In this document: piece after piece, positions 20,087 to 29,698 of the stretch
How positions within the stretch are numbered: position 1 is the stretch's first letter
Layout of the letters: each line of letters begins with the position of its first letter
Assembly (NCBI GenBank): GCA_013205155.1
Contig: JABMMT010000177.1
Coordinates: 1-41,376, forward strand
Length of the DNA stretch: 41,376 nt
Origin: Betaproteobacteria bacterium
GTDB lineage: Bacteria; Pseudomonadota; Gammaproteobacteria; Burkholderiales; Burkholderiaceae
Direction: 5' to 3'
Program-made: the position numbers and the translations under genes
The notes under the pieces: model-generated
Database searches by the model: none
What the model was told of the DNA's origin: nothing
The model's input: only the letters and a program-made list of their open reading frames with translations

Positions 20087-20689
20087 ATGAGTCAACACGA
20101 TATTTTAGTTTTGTACTACTCCCGGCATGGTGCTACTAGGGATTTAGCTCGCCTTATTGCTGAGGGGATCGAATCAGTTCCTGGAGTCAATGCACGCCTT
20201 CGAACTGTGCCACCTGTTTCAACAGTTTGCGAAGCGACCGAGGCACCTGTCCCAAGCGAGGGTTCGCCATATGTTGAATATGCTGACTTGCAGCAATGTA
20301 TTGGTCTAGCACTGGGATCTCCCACACGTTTTGGCAATATGGCAGCCCCTATGAAATATTTTTGGGATGGTAGCTCCTCCGAGTGGATGAACGGCGCCTT
20401 AATTGGAAAGCCCGCTTGTGTCTTTACTAGTACAGGAAGCATGCATGGTGGGCAGGAGAGTACGTTACTGACCATGATGATTCCCCTGCTTCATCATGGT
20501 ATGGTGATCTTAGGTCTTCCATATAGCGAGCCTGAGTTAATGACAACTTCTACTGGCGGAAGTCCATATGGTGTTACCCATCTTTCTCATGCGGATGGGA
20601 GTGCGCCCATTAGCGCAATGGAACAGCGTTTAGCCAAGGCACAAGGCAAGCGCTTGGCACAAATTGCATTGCGCCTCATCCAAGCATAA
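20087..20689 (+). CDS. wrbA: NAD(P)H:quinone oxidoreductase WrbA
   Basis: YYSRHGAT, GSPTRFGNMA, STGSMHGGQESTL, GGSPYG. Confidence 0.94.
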   Translation: MSQHDILVLYYSRHGATRDLARLIAEGIESVPGVNARLRTVPPVSTVCEATEAPVPSEGSPYVEYADLQQCIGLALGSPTRFGNMAAPMKYFWDGSSSEWMNGALIGKPACVFTSTGSMHGGQESTLLTMMIPLLHHGMVILGLPYSEPELMTTSTGGSPYGVTHLSHADGSAPISAMEQRLAKAQGKRLAQIALRLIQA

Positions 20690-20698
20690 AAGATCTAT

Positions 20699-21085
20699 AT
20701 GTTTACGAAGCTTCTAGAAAAAAATCCTTATCAGTTGATAGCTACCGCTGCATTCGTTGGGCTATTTATTCTGTGTGTTTGTTGGGAGTGGTTTATCTCC
20801 CCATTACGTCCCGGTGGCTCTTGGTTGATTTTGAAAGGTATACCTCTTCTATTCGCAATACCAGGTTTGTGGAAGGGCAATATCTATACAATGCAGTGGG
20901 CATCGATGTTAATTCTGCTCTACGTTACTGAAGGTTTAGTGCGAATTTTAGAAACCGGCGCTAACTTTTGGATGGCGTTACTCGAAACTATCCTGGCAAC
21001 AACTGGATTTATTGTTTTATTGGTGTATCTTAAGCCCATCAAACAAGAAGCAAAAGCAAAAAAGAAATTACAGGGGCAAAAATGA
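20699..21085 (+). CDS. DUF2069-family membrane protein
   Basis: PLRPGGSWL, YTMQWASML; usual position after wrbA. Confidence 0.82.
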   Translation: MFTKLLEKNPYQLIATAAFVGLFILCVCWEWFISPLRPGGSWLILKGIPLLFAIPGLWKGNIYTMQWASMLILLYVTEGLVRILETGANFWMALLETILATTGFIVLLVYLKPIKQEAKAKKKLQGQK

Positions 21086-22500
21086 ATCAGGACTTTCTCA
21101 TTCAAGTAGGTGCTATTTTAGATTCGAAATACGTTCTGACAGAAGATGCAGATAAGGCCCCTTACCTCACTGATTGGCGTAATCGCTTTACTGGTAGGGC
21201 TTTAGCTGTACTGCTACCCTCGACCTCTGCAGAGGTTGCTGCGATAGTAAAGCTCTGTGCCAATACTAAAACCGCTATCGTGCCACAAGGAGGAAATACT
21301 GGTTTATGTGGGGGCGCTACACCTGATCAGAGTGGCAAGCAAGTCATTCTTAGTTTGAAGCGAATGAAACAAATACGTGAAATCGACGTAGCTAATCAAA
21401 CAATCAGTTTAGAGGCCGGATGTATTTTGCAGACCATTCAGGAAAAAGCTGCTGAAAAAGGCTTCTTATTTCCGCTGAGTCTTGGGGCTGAAGGTAGTTG
21501 CATGATTGGGGGAAATCTGGCAACCAATGCGGGTGGAACGAACGTACTTCGCTATGGAAGTACCCGAGACTTATGTCTTGGCTTGGAGGTTGTTACAGCC
21601 AACGGAGAAATATGGAATGGTATGAAGGGTTTGCGCAAAGACAATACTGGTTATGACCTTCGAGACTTATATGTTGGCTCCGAGGGAACTCTAGGAATTA
21701 TTACTGCTGCCGTAATGAAGTTGTATCCCTTACCGATCTCTCAGTGGACGACTTTAGTGGCCACCCAAGATATTAGTTCTACGATTGCTTTATTAAACTT
21801 ATTTCAACAGCGGGCTACTTCACTTCTCACTGGTTTTGAAATGATGACTAAAGAATCTTTGACCCTCATCGACAAACATTTTCCACAGATGGCTAACCCA
21901 TTAAAAGGAAGCCCTCCTTTTACGATTTTGATTGAGCTTTCTGATCATGAAAGTGAGGATCATGTTAAACAGCTTCTAGAAGCTATATTGGAGGAAGCTC
22001 TTGAGTCTGAGCTCATTACTGATGCAGTCATTGCAAGTAATCTCAGTCAAGCCAATAGCTTTTGGCATATGCGCGAACATATCACCCTAGCGCAAGCGCA
22101 AGAAGGCGCTAATTTGAAACATGACATCACCATCCCCCTTTCTGCGCTCGATCGCTTTATTAGCGAAACCGATGCCCTCATCAAAGCAAAGTACCCTGGG
22201 ATCCGAATTATCAATTTTGGCCATTTAGGGGATGGCAACCTCCACTACAACGTTGCCCCGCCAGAGGGCGTAGATTTCAAAGCCTTTAATGCCGCTAATG
22301 AGAAACCAGTGCACGAGCTCATTTATAGCCAGGTAGAGCTCTGTAATGGGTCAATTTCAGCAGAACATGGGGTTGGACAGCTCAAGATTGATGAATTGAG
22401 AGCTCATAAAGGAGAAGTAGCCCATGAGCTAATGAAAAGCATCAAAAAGGCTCTAGATCCTCAAAATATCCTTAACCCACGTAAAGTCCTCTCGATTTAA
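21082..22500 (+). CDS. FAD-linked oxidoreductase (D-2-hydroxyacid dehydrogenase/GlcD-like)
   Basis: PQGGNTGLCGGA, GGNLATNAGG, GSEGTLGIIT, GHLGDGNLH, SAEHGVG, DPQNILNP. Confidence 0.92.
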   Translation: MNQDFLIQVGAILDSKYVLTEDADKAPYLTDWRNRFTGRALAVLLPSTSAEVAAIVKLCANTKTAIVPQGGNTGLCGGATPDQSGKQVILSLKRMKQIREIDVANQTISLEAGCILQTIQEKAAEKGFLFPLSLGAEGSCMIGGNLATNAGGTNVLRYGSTRDLCLGLEVVTANGEIWNGMKGLRKDNTGYDLRDLYVGSEGTLGIITAAVMKLYPLPISQWTTLVATQDISSTIALLNLFQQRATSLLTGFEMMTKESLTLIDKHFPQMANPLKGSPPFTILIELSDHESEDHVKQLLEAILEEALESELITDAVIASNLSQANSFWHMREHITLAQAQEGANLKHDITIPLSALDRFISETDALIKAKYPGIRIINFGHLGDGNLHYNVAPPEGVDFKAFNAANEKPVHELIYSQVELCNGSISAEHGVGQLKIDELRAHKGEVAHELMKSIKKALDPQNILNPRKVLSI

Positions 22501-22590
22501 GGATGAATCAGTAAATATTTATAGATTTTTTGAAATTCTTGTCATCTCAGCCTAATTCAGGTGCGTTGTATGCCCATGGAGGTGACAAAT

Positions 22591-22779
22591 ATGTCAACAA
22601 GATTAAAACGTTGGGCCCGCGCAGTAGAGCAAATTGATCTATCAAAGCAGGTAGACCCTGAGGTAGCCATTGGCTATTTAGACAGTAAGTACCGCGATAT
22701 TGCTTGGCGTTACATTCGTATTTTAGGCTTTGAGCGCACCATTAGCTTCATGGCTAGCAATAACTTCCACCCAGAATAA
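22591..22779 (+). CDS. Small hypothetical protein (62 aa)
   Basis: Strong RBS GGAGGTG 6 nt before ATG at 22591; protein-like composition. Confidence 0.7.
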   Translation: MSTRLKRWARAVEQIDLSKQVDPEVAIGYLDSKYRDIAWRYIRILGFERTISFMASNNFHPE

Positions 22780-23079
22780 GCTTTCAATATTCTTCTCAAA
22801 TAACTGATTTTTATATGTATTTCAGTATATCTCTCTCTTGATATCTGGCTTGCTAACCATATATCAGTCAGAGTTGAGAACCCCTCCAATTAAGTCCTTT
22901 GTAGTAGCACCAGCTATTTTCATTAAACATGATTCCCCCGAATTGGGATCAAAGAGGCGATAATTGATGACAATTAATAAGCTACTGCAACTGTCACAAT
23001 CACTTGAAACAGCTAAAAAGAAATCGTAGGATAAAAGGGTAATCCAAAAACATACCAAAATTTACTTTGTGGAGAAAAA

Positions 23080-23334
23080 ATGAGTCAGAAGAAACTGGTC
23101 AAAGACTTAATGAAGAAGTTAGACAAATTAGAATCAGATCGTGAAAAGCTCATTGATAAGCTATCTAAGGCGTTAGATAAATTAGATAAAAAGGCTAGCA
23201 TCAAAAAGCCTCCTGCTAAGAAAGTAGTAGTAAAGAAAATGCCGGCCAAAAAAGTTGTCCGAAAAAGGACTGCAGTTAAGAAAACAGCAGTTAAAGTTAA
23301 GGTTTCAGCCCCGGCCCCAGTTGTAGCTACTTAA
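23080..23334 (+). CDS. Histone H1-like basic protein (N-terminal coiled coil plus lysine pentapeptide repeats)
   Basis: RBS GGAG; heptad helix followed by KKPPA-KKVVV-KKMPA-KKVVR-KRTAV-KKTAV. Confidence 0.78.
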   Translation: MSQKKLVKDLMKKLDKLESDREKLIDKLSKALDKLDKKASIKKPPAKKVVVKKMPAKKVVRKRTAVKKTAVKVKVSAPAPVVAT

Positions 23335-23341
23335 TTGCTGA

Positions 23342-24124
23342 ATGGGGAAAAGATTAAAATCTACCATCCAAGTAGACGACTATGATGCTCAGATAAGGCT
23401 TTTGCAAATTGAGCTCGTAAAGCTTCAGCGGCAAATTATTTCTAGCCACTCACGTTTATTGATTATTCTTGAGGGTCGTGACACAGCTGGAAAAGATGGC
23501 ACTATTAAAAATATCGTAGCTCACTTAAGTCCCCGTGAGACTCGTGTTGTAGCTCTTAGCAAACCCACTGAGCGTGAAGATGGAGAATGGTATTTTCAAC
23601 GCTATGTGGCTGAACTGCCCACTTCCGGAGAAATCGTTATTTTTAACCGTAGTTGGTATAACCGCGCTGGTGTTGAAAAGGTTATGGGATTTTGTACTGA
23701 TATCCAGTATCAACAGTTCATGGATACAGTCAATGAATTTGAAAGCTTAATCGTCGGTTCTGGAATACAGCTGATCAAATACTATTTAGATATTGATAAA
23801 GAAGAGCAAGCTGCTCGCCTACAGTCACGTAAAACAGACCCCCTAAAGCAATGGAAAATTAGCCCGATAGATGAGAAAGCACAGAAGAAGTGGAAGGAAT
23901 ATAGCTTAGCTCGAAATGTAATGCTCCAAAAAACAAGCTCAAAACTTGCCCCTTGGATAGTGGTTGATGCTAACAATAAGAAGTTAACCCACTTAAATCT
24001 CATGAGGGATCTCTTATCGAGGATGAATTATCCAGGCAAAGATAAGAAGCTTCTACTGGTAAATTCAGAAGTGGTAATGCCCTGCCCGCCACTTGCAAAA
24101 AAAATGCCTGCTTTAGCTCCGTAA
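23342..24124 (+). CDS. ppk2: Polyphosphate kinase 2 (single domain, class I-like)
   Basis: EGRDTAGKDGTI Walker A, WYFQRY, FNRSWYNRAGVE, DPLKQWKISPID. Confidence 0.94.
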   Translation: MGKRLKSTIQVDDYDAQIRLLQIELVKLQRQIISSHSRLLIILEGRDTAGKDGTIKNIVAHLSPRETRVVALSKPTEREDGEWYFQRYVAELPTSGEIVIFNRSWYNRAGVEKVMGFCTDIQYQQFMDTVNEFESLIVGSGIQLIKYYLDIDKEEQAARLQSRKTDPLKQWKISPIDEKAQKKWKEYSLARNVMLQKTSSKLAPWIVVDANNKKLTHLNLMRDLLSRMNYPGKDKKLLLVNSEVVMPCPPLAKKMPALAP

Positions 24125-24131
24125 ATATTGC

Positions 24132-25025
24132 TTATTTGAAGAATGTGATCGCTTCGCTGATGAGCTCATCTGGTAATTCTTCTGGAATGTAATGGCCGCA
24201 AGGTACGGTTTTCCCAGAAACATTCTTGGCAACTTTCTGCCAGTCTTCAAGTGGTTTAAAGCATTTATTTACCAAACCATGCTCTCCCCATAGAACCCTT
24301 AAGGGCATTTCTAAGTGTTTTCTTGCTTGACGATCCTCACGGTCATGAGCAAGATCAATGGTGGCTGCCGCACGATAGTCTTCACACATAGCATGCATAC
24401 TTTGTGGATTACTAGCACCCCTCAAATACTCTGCCCAGTTTTCAGCAGAAAAAATACCCGTTCCAGCATGCCTACCCATATGATTTTTTAACCAAAACTC
24501 GGGATTAGCCCCAATCAGCGTTTCTGGGATAGGTTCTGGCTGTATTAAGAAGAACCAGTGCCAATAGCCTTTAGCAAAAGCCATACTGGTGTTCTCATAC
24601 ATGGATAAGGTGGGGGAAATATCTAAGACCATCAAACGCAAAACGCTATCAGGAAAATCTGCTGCCAGTCGATGTGATACACGACCTCCGCGATCATGCC
24701 CTAATAAGAAAAAATGATGATGCCCAAGCGCTTTCATCAAAGCATGTTGATCTGCTGCCATAGATCTTTTGGAATAACTGGAATGATCACTCTTACCGTG
24801 TGGCTTAGAGGATTCTCCATACCCCCTAAGATCCGCTGCAATCACTGTGTAGTGTTTCGCCAAAGCAGTTGCGGTTTGATGCCATATTGCTTTCGTCTGC
24901 GGAAAGCCATGTAATAACAGTAAAGCAGGACCTTTACCACCAACTTGATAGGCAATTTCTAGAGGGCCATCTTCAGATGCAATGATAATTTTCTGTTGTT
25001 CAAATCCAGGAAATACTACGGCCAT
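24132..25025 (-). CDS. Haloacetate/fluoroacetate dehalogenase-like alpha/beta hydrolase
   Basis: HGFPQT, DLRGYG, YSKRSMAAD, GHDRGGRV, YWHWFF, CEDYRA, GHYIPEE. Confidence 0.85.
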   Translation of the reverse strand: MAVVFPGFEQQKIIIASEDGPLEIAYQVGGKGPALLLLHGFPQTKAIWHQTATALAKHYTVIAADLRGYGESSKPHGKSDHSSYSKRSMAADQHALMKALGHHHFFLLGHDRGGRVSHRLAADFPDSVLRLMVLDISPTLSMYENTSMAFAKGYWHWFFLIQPEPIPETLIGANPEFWLKNHMGRHAGTGIFSAENWAEYLRGASNPQSMHAMCEDYRAAATIDLAHDREDRQARKHLEMPLRVLWGEHGLVNKCFKPLEDWQKVAKNVSGKTVPCGHYIPEELPDELISEAITFFK

Positions 25026-25031
25026 AATGAT

Positions 25032-25289
25032 CTATTTAGATGCCAGCGCCTGAATCTGAGCAACTGTGACATAGCCTTTGTTGTCAGTATCGATATAGCT
25101 AAAATGATCATAGATCCTTGGCATGCAGCCTTTTGCCTCTTCTTTAGTAAGCTTACCATCTCGGTTCTTATCGCAGCTTGCAAAACGATCTGCGATCTCT
25201 TTATTGCGCACTGAATTATCTGCATGCGCTGCTGTGCATACAGATAATCCAAGCGCAAAATAGAGAAGACTCTTGGATAGTAATGACAT
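25032..25289 (-). CDS. Exported EF-hand calcium-binding protein
   Basis: Signal peptide ending AHA-D; loops DKNRDGKLTKEE and DTDNKGYVTVAQ. Confidence 0.82.
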   Translation of the reverse strand: MSLLSKSLLYFALGLSVCTAAHADNSVRNKEIADRFASCDKNRDGKLTKEEAKGCMPRIYDHFSYIDTDNKGYVTVAQIQALASK

Positions 25290-25294
25290 AGACT

Positions 25295-25972
25295 CTATTT
25301 AGCCGAAGTTTCCAAGGCAGCACTTACTGCCTTTTTAGCCATAGCAATGAAGGAATCTACAGAACCAGAGGATGTTCGAAAAGATTCTCCTTGAACCGTT
25401 ACTAAACCCATTCCAATAACTTCATTAGTTCTACTGTCCGTAATTTTATTTTCAACTACCAATGCTGGGGTCTTAGCATTTACGCCTGCAGCAAATGCTG
25501 CTGCATTTGTAGCCAACCCAATTGGAGTGAAATTCCAAGGTTTCAAATAGTCATTTGAACTTTCGGCGCCAGTAATCCCAACAGAGACCCTCACAACCCC
25601 TGGTCCTGGCTGTGTGACAATTTTAAGATTACCACGAGCATTAACAGATTCAACCATGGAAGCTTGTAATGTAGATTTGGCTTTAGAAATAGATTCTGCG
25701 CTAACGTCTTTAGTAGCGCTTTGATTTAAATAAATAGGATCTAATATAACGCTGGTATACATTGCGGGATTAATGCCATCCTTGCGATAACGCCAAATTC
25801 TGGTATCAGATGCAGTGGTATAGGTTGACACTAGAAGTGCATAGTTGGGTAAAAAACCAGATCTTGGCATCGGTTCTGAAGCCAATTTCGGCGTGTTACT
25901 ACAAGCAGCAATTAAACAAACAGAGCCAATGGCTGCTAGATATAGACTAATTTTTTTCATTTTAAATCCCAT
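25295..25972 (-). CDS. DUF3313-family lipoprotein
   Basis: Lipobox IAAC; SGFLPNY, YTSVILDP, PGPGVVRV, ENKITDS. Confidence 0.78.
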   Translation of the reverse strand: MGFKMKKISLYLAAIGSVCLIAACSNTPKLASEPMPRSGFLPNYALLVSTYTTASDTRIWRYRKDGINPAMYTSVILDPIYLNQSATKDVSAESISKAKSTLQASMVESVNARGNLKIVTQPGPGVVRVSVGITGAESSNDYLKPWNFTPIGLATNAAAFAAGVNAKTPALVVENKITDSRTNEVIGMGLVTVQGESFRTSSGSVDSFIAMAKKAVSAALETSAK

Positions 25973-26217
25973 TTAAAATACAAAGGTACATACAGCAAGC
26001 ACTATGCCATTCATCATAAGGCCGAATGATGATGAGCGGTTCATTATTCCGCTGCGCATTGCAAGGATCTTAATCCTCAGAAAGAAAAGAAATAACCTGC
26101 CCTATTCTGGGGATCTATTCAGCAAGTAGTAAATTGACACAGAAATGGTTTATCGGGCTTAAAGAGACATTGCAAGATTAGAGGCTCCTTAGGACTTTAA
26201 AGATACAAAGCTCCTAA

Positions 26218-26237
26218 GCCTCAGTAAGCGCTGAGGC
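26218..26237. terminator. Hairpin downstream of the methyltransferase gene
   Basis: GCCTCAG-TAAGCG-CTGAGGC perfect 7-bp stem; no clear T tract. Confidence 0.4.
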
Positions 26238-26274
26238 GAAGACCTTAAATCATTAGCTGAGATCCGATGAAAAG

Positions 26275-27117
26275 TTAAAGGCGCTTACCAGTAATTGCGG
26301 TGTCGTTGTAAGACCTACTTTTATAAAGGCCCTTGATCTCATTGTTATTGACAGCCATTCTTACAAAATGTGAACTTTTGTCACGATCAAGGTATGTAAA
26401 GCTTAAAGTCGAACCATCTAATTTAGGATTAAGAAGGGGTTGCGAGTCATTACCAATTTGAAGAGTGCCGCCTATTTTTTGATAGTGTTGAGACAGTTTT
26501 AAAGTCGTCCTAGCTGGCTCCATTCCTGTAATTATCCATTCCCCCGCCACTTGAGCAGGAACAACCCAATAGTAGGCTTTAGCAGGAGTATCAATTTCAA
26601 TATCCGCTTCCCAATCGCCCATATTAAATGCGTGCGATGTGACTCTCGTACCAGGCTTCATCTTTAATATGGTGGGACGTAAGGCGATATTCAGATCAGG
26701 CAATAAATACATCGTAACCACAGTTGCCTTACTGAAATCTTCTTTAAAGATATCGCCATTAATAATCTTCACACGATCACTAACGCCAGAGCGGTCGGCA
26801 TTACGTTGGGCTAGTTTCGCCATTTCTGGATTAAATTCAATTCCGATAGCACGTGCTCCAAAATCTTTGGCAGCTGCAATCGCGATTCTGCCGTCTCCAG
26901 AGCCAAGGTCATAGAGTAAATCGTTGGAGGTTACTTTGGCTGTTTTCAGCATGTTAGCAAGTAATTCATTGCCAGTGGGCACCCAAACCACGTCTTTACC
27001 TTCTTGACCAATGCGAGGATTATATTTATCGTCACCACCGTCTACATAGTTTTGGGCCAATGTATTTAGAGCAAAAAAGGTACTAAAGATAGCAAACCAA
27101 ACTTTAAAATGCTTCAT
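26275..27117 (-). CDS. Class I SAM-dependent methyltransferase with N-terminal signal peptide
   Basis: Signal peptide ending TLA-Q; KDVVWVPT, YDLGSGDGRI, GIEFN, ATVVTMYLL, KPGTRVTSH. Confidence 0.87.
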   Translation of the reverse strand: MKHFKVWFAIFSTFFALNTLAQNYVDGGDDKYNPRIGQEGKDVVWVPTGNELLANMLKTAKVTSNDLLYDLGSGDGRIAIAAAKDFGARAIGIEFNPEMAKLAQRNADRSGVSDRVKIINGDIFKEDFSKATVVTMYLLPDLNIALRPTILKMKPGTRVTSHAFNMGDWEADIEIDTPAKAYYWVVPAQVAGEWIITGMEPARTTLKLSQHYQKIGGTLQIGNDSQPLLNPKLDGSTLSFTYLDRDKSSHFVRMAVNNNEIKGLYKSRSYNDTAITGKRL

Positions 27118-27225
27118 AGAATTTCCATAAAAAGAAAGTAAAAAGGTGCTTTATTAGATTACAGGATTAAGAAAAACACATCATAAAATAAAAATCGTAG
27201 GTCTGCTCCAAAACAATAATAATCT

Positions 27226-28038
27226 TCAGATCAGTCGCTCTCGTACCTTGGCTGTCACCCACTCACTCACCGCTACCGTGGCAAGAATAACGATAAGCAG
27301 CATGGTTACTTTGGGCCAAGCGAGCGTATTGAGTGCAGCCTCCAGTTTGACACCAATTCCGCCTGCACCCACCAAGCCCAACACAGTTGACTCCCGGATG
27401 TTGATGTCCCAGCGAAAGACACTGATGCCCGCCAGCGTGGGTGAAATTTGTGGCAACACCCCCCAGGCCATGGTTTGTGCTTGGCTTGCGCCCGTGGCCT
27501 CGATGGCCTCTACTTGCGCTGCATCTATCTCTTCAATGGCTTCGTAGAGCAACTTTCCGATGAAGCCGATAGATCGCAAGGCAATTGCAAAGACGCCAGC
27601 GAGTACCCCAGGGCCTAGAATGGCCACTAGCAGCAAAGCCCAGATCAGCGAATTAATAGAGCGTGAGCCGACGATCAGCAGTAAAGCAATAGGACGCACA
27701 AATCGGGTACTTGGCGTCGTGTTACGCGCCGCCAAAAAAGCCACTGGCACCGCCATGATCAGGCCGATTAACGTTCCAAGAGTGGCAATATTGATGGTTT
27801 CCCAGAGTGGCCACCAGAGTTCGTTGACGAAGCTCCATGCAGGCGGCATCATGCGCGAACCGATATCCTTCATTTGGGCAGGTGCGTCTGTGACGAAAGC
27901 CCAAATCGTATCTTTTGTCATCACTTGGAAGGTCCAAGACACAAACGCAAGCGTAAGCACCCAGGCCGCAAACACAATCAGTTCATTGCGGGGGGTGCGT
28001 TTCTGCCATACCGGCATGGAAGAAGTATTCAAAGTCAC
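27226..28038 (-). CDS. phnE: Phosphonate-type ABC transporter permease
   Basis: EAA loop EAIEATGA; RWDINIRESTVLGLVGAGGIG. Confidence 0.9.
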   Translation of the reverse strand: MTLNTSSMPVWQKRTPRNELIVFAAWVLTLAFVSWTFQVMTKDTIWAFVTDAPAQMKDIGSRMMPPAWSFVNELWWPLWETINIATLGTLIGLIMAVPVAFLAARNTTPSTRFVRPIALLLIVGSRSINSLIWALLLVAILGPGVLAGVFAIALRSIGFIGKLLYEAIEEIDAAQVEAIEATGASQAQTMAWGVLPQISPTLAGISVFRWDINIRESTVLGLVGAGGIGVKLEAALNTLAWPKVTMLLIVILATVAVSEWVTAKVRERLI

Positions 28039-28853
28039 TGAATGCGCTTTCTGAGCCAGCCCGAGCTGTACTCAGCTACCATTACAATCGCAATAATGAC
28101 CAGAATAATGGCGGCAGCTGAATCAAATTCGTAGCGGTCCATGGCTGTATTAAGCGTTGCACCTATTCCGCCAGCACCCACGATACCAATCACAGCTGAT
28201 TCTCGAAAGTTAATATCGAGCCGGTAGAGTGATAGACCCACCAGCCGTGGCATAACCTGCGATAACACCGCAAAGTCGAGTATCTGCAGATACCCAGCAC
28301 CAGTTGCTCGAAGGGCCTCAAGCTGTGAGGCTTCTATCTCTTCAATATCCTCGGCCATCAGCTTGGCCATGAAGCCTATGGTGGCAAAAGTCAAGGTCAA
28401 AAAACCAGCGAATGGTCCAAACCCGAACATGGCAACCAGAAAGATAGCGATGATGATTTCATTAAGCGTTCGGGACAAGGCCACAAAACTGCGACAGATG
28501 AGATAGACCCAGGTCGGCGCAAGGTTTCGGGCGGCGCCCACTGCAACAGGGATCGACAACACAACGCCAAGTGCAGTAGATGTGACCGTCATTGTCAGAC
28601 TCTCCTGAAAGCCAATAACAATGTCGCCCCATCGGCTGGTGAAATTCGGATGTAAAAAGCCAAGGATGAAAGCCCATCCGCGCTCAAGCCCTTGGATGGC
28701 TCGCGCCAAGTTCACCTCCAGCGAACCAATACCTAAAATTAGGTAGAGGATTGCGCCGATATACAAAGCCCAGCGCGCGTAAGGACTGGAAATGAATTTC
28801 GGGCGCCGCCACTGTCGCTGGAGTTTCGGTACTTCTACTACTGCATCGGTCAT
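28035..28853 (-). CDS. phnE: Phosphonate-type ABC transporter permease
   Basis: EALRATGA; [21 protein letters not shown]. Confidence 0.9.
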   Translation of the reverse strand: MTDAVVEVPKLQRQWRRPKFISSPYARWALYIGAILYLILGIGSLEVNLARAIQGLERGWAFILGFLHPNFTSRWGDIVIGFQESLTMTVTSTALGVVLSIPVAVGAARNLAPTWVYLICRSFVALSRTLNEIIIAIFLVAMFGFGPFAGFLTLTFATIGFMAKLMAEDIEEIEASQLEALRATGAGYLQILDFAVLSQVMPRLVGLSLYRLDINFRESAVIGIVGAGGIGATLNTAMDRYEFDSAAAIILVIIAIVMVAEYSSGWLRKRIQ

Positions 28854-29686
28854 AAAGAAGCAGCCAGCGTTAAATCATTGTTTCCTTGATTACTGTTACT
28901 CAAATCATCTCTGGCTGATGCTTGCATACTTTGAGTAATTGCGGTCCAGTCCTCATCGCCATATATATTGGTCAATATGGTCTTGTCGATATTGGCGGCC
29001 GGACCGTCATAAACCACAATGCCGGCACGCAGACCTACAATCCTTGGCAGGAACTCGGTTGCCAGCACAACATCGTGTATGTTCACGATCGCAGCAAGCC
29101 CGCGCTCCTGACATAGCTCCAAAATCAGACGCATGATCTGGCGCGAGGTTTTCGGGTCAAGGCTGGCTGTAGGTTCGTCCACTAGCAGCAGCTTTGGGCT
29201 TTGCATCAATGCCCTCGCAATGCCGACGCGCTGGCGCTGCCCACCTGAAAGCGCATCTGCGCGCTTATTTTCCATGCCACCCAAACCCACACGTTCAAGG
29301 AGTAAGTAGGCCTGCGCAATGTCATCACCCTTAAATCGCCGAAACCAACTGGCCCAGAATCCGGTATAGCCTAGGCGGCCTGACAGCAAATTTTCCATCA
29401 CGGTCAAACGTTCGATGAGAGCGTACTCTTGAAAAATCATGCCGATTTGGCGGCGCGCATTGCGCAGACCACTTGAACCTAGTACGCTTAAGTCTTGCCC
29501 ATCCAGCTTAATCACCCCTCCGCTCGGCTGAACCAAACGATTGACGCAACGAATGAGAGTTGACTTACCAGCCCCTGATGGACCGATTAGCCCTATCATC
29601 TCACCTGCACCCACGCTCAGAGTCACCCCGTTAAGTGCAAGGTCACCTGTTGGGTATCGTTTTTCCAGCTGGCGCAACTCAAGCAT
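28850..29686 (-). CDS. phnC: Phosphonate-type ABC transporter ATP-binding protein
   Basis: [34 protein letters not shown]. Confidence 0.92.
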   Translation of the reverse strand: MLELRQLEKRYPTGDLALNGVTLSVGAGEMIGLIGPSGAGKSTLIRCVNRLVQPSGGVIKLDGQDLSVLGSSGLRNARRQIGMIFQEYALIERLTVMENLLSGRLGYTGFWASWFRRFKGDDIAQAYLLLERVGLGGMENKRADALSGGQRQRVGIARALMQSPKLLLVDEPTASLDPKTSRQIMRLILELCQERGLAAIVNIHDVVLATEFLPRIVGLRAGIVVYDGPAANIDKTILTNIYGDEDWTAITQSMQASARDDLSNSNQGNNDLTLAASL

Positions 29687-29698
29687 AGTGATATTTCT

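Noticed and set aside
22980-23005. Pho box upstream of the H1-like/ppk2 pair
   Set aside because: Only one good half-site (CTGTCAC at 22991) and no convincing 11-bp partner
22864-23058. 64-aa minus-strand intergenic ORF, and likewise 39751-40008
   Set aside because: Non-ATG start or overlap with a real gene, no RBS, and no protein-like pattern
27196-27203. CGTAGGTC match to the att remnant at the edge of the phn cassette
   Set aside because: Only 8 bp and in the opposite orientation; compatible with chance
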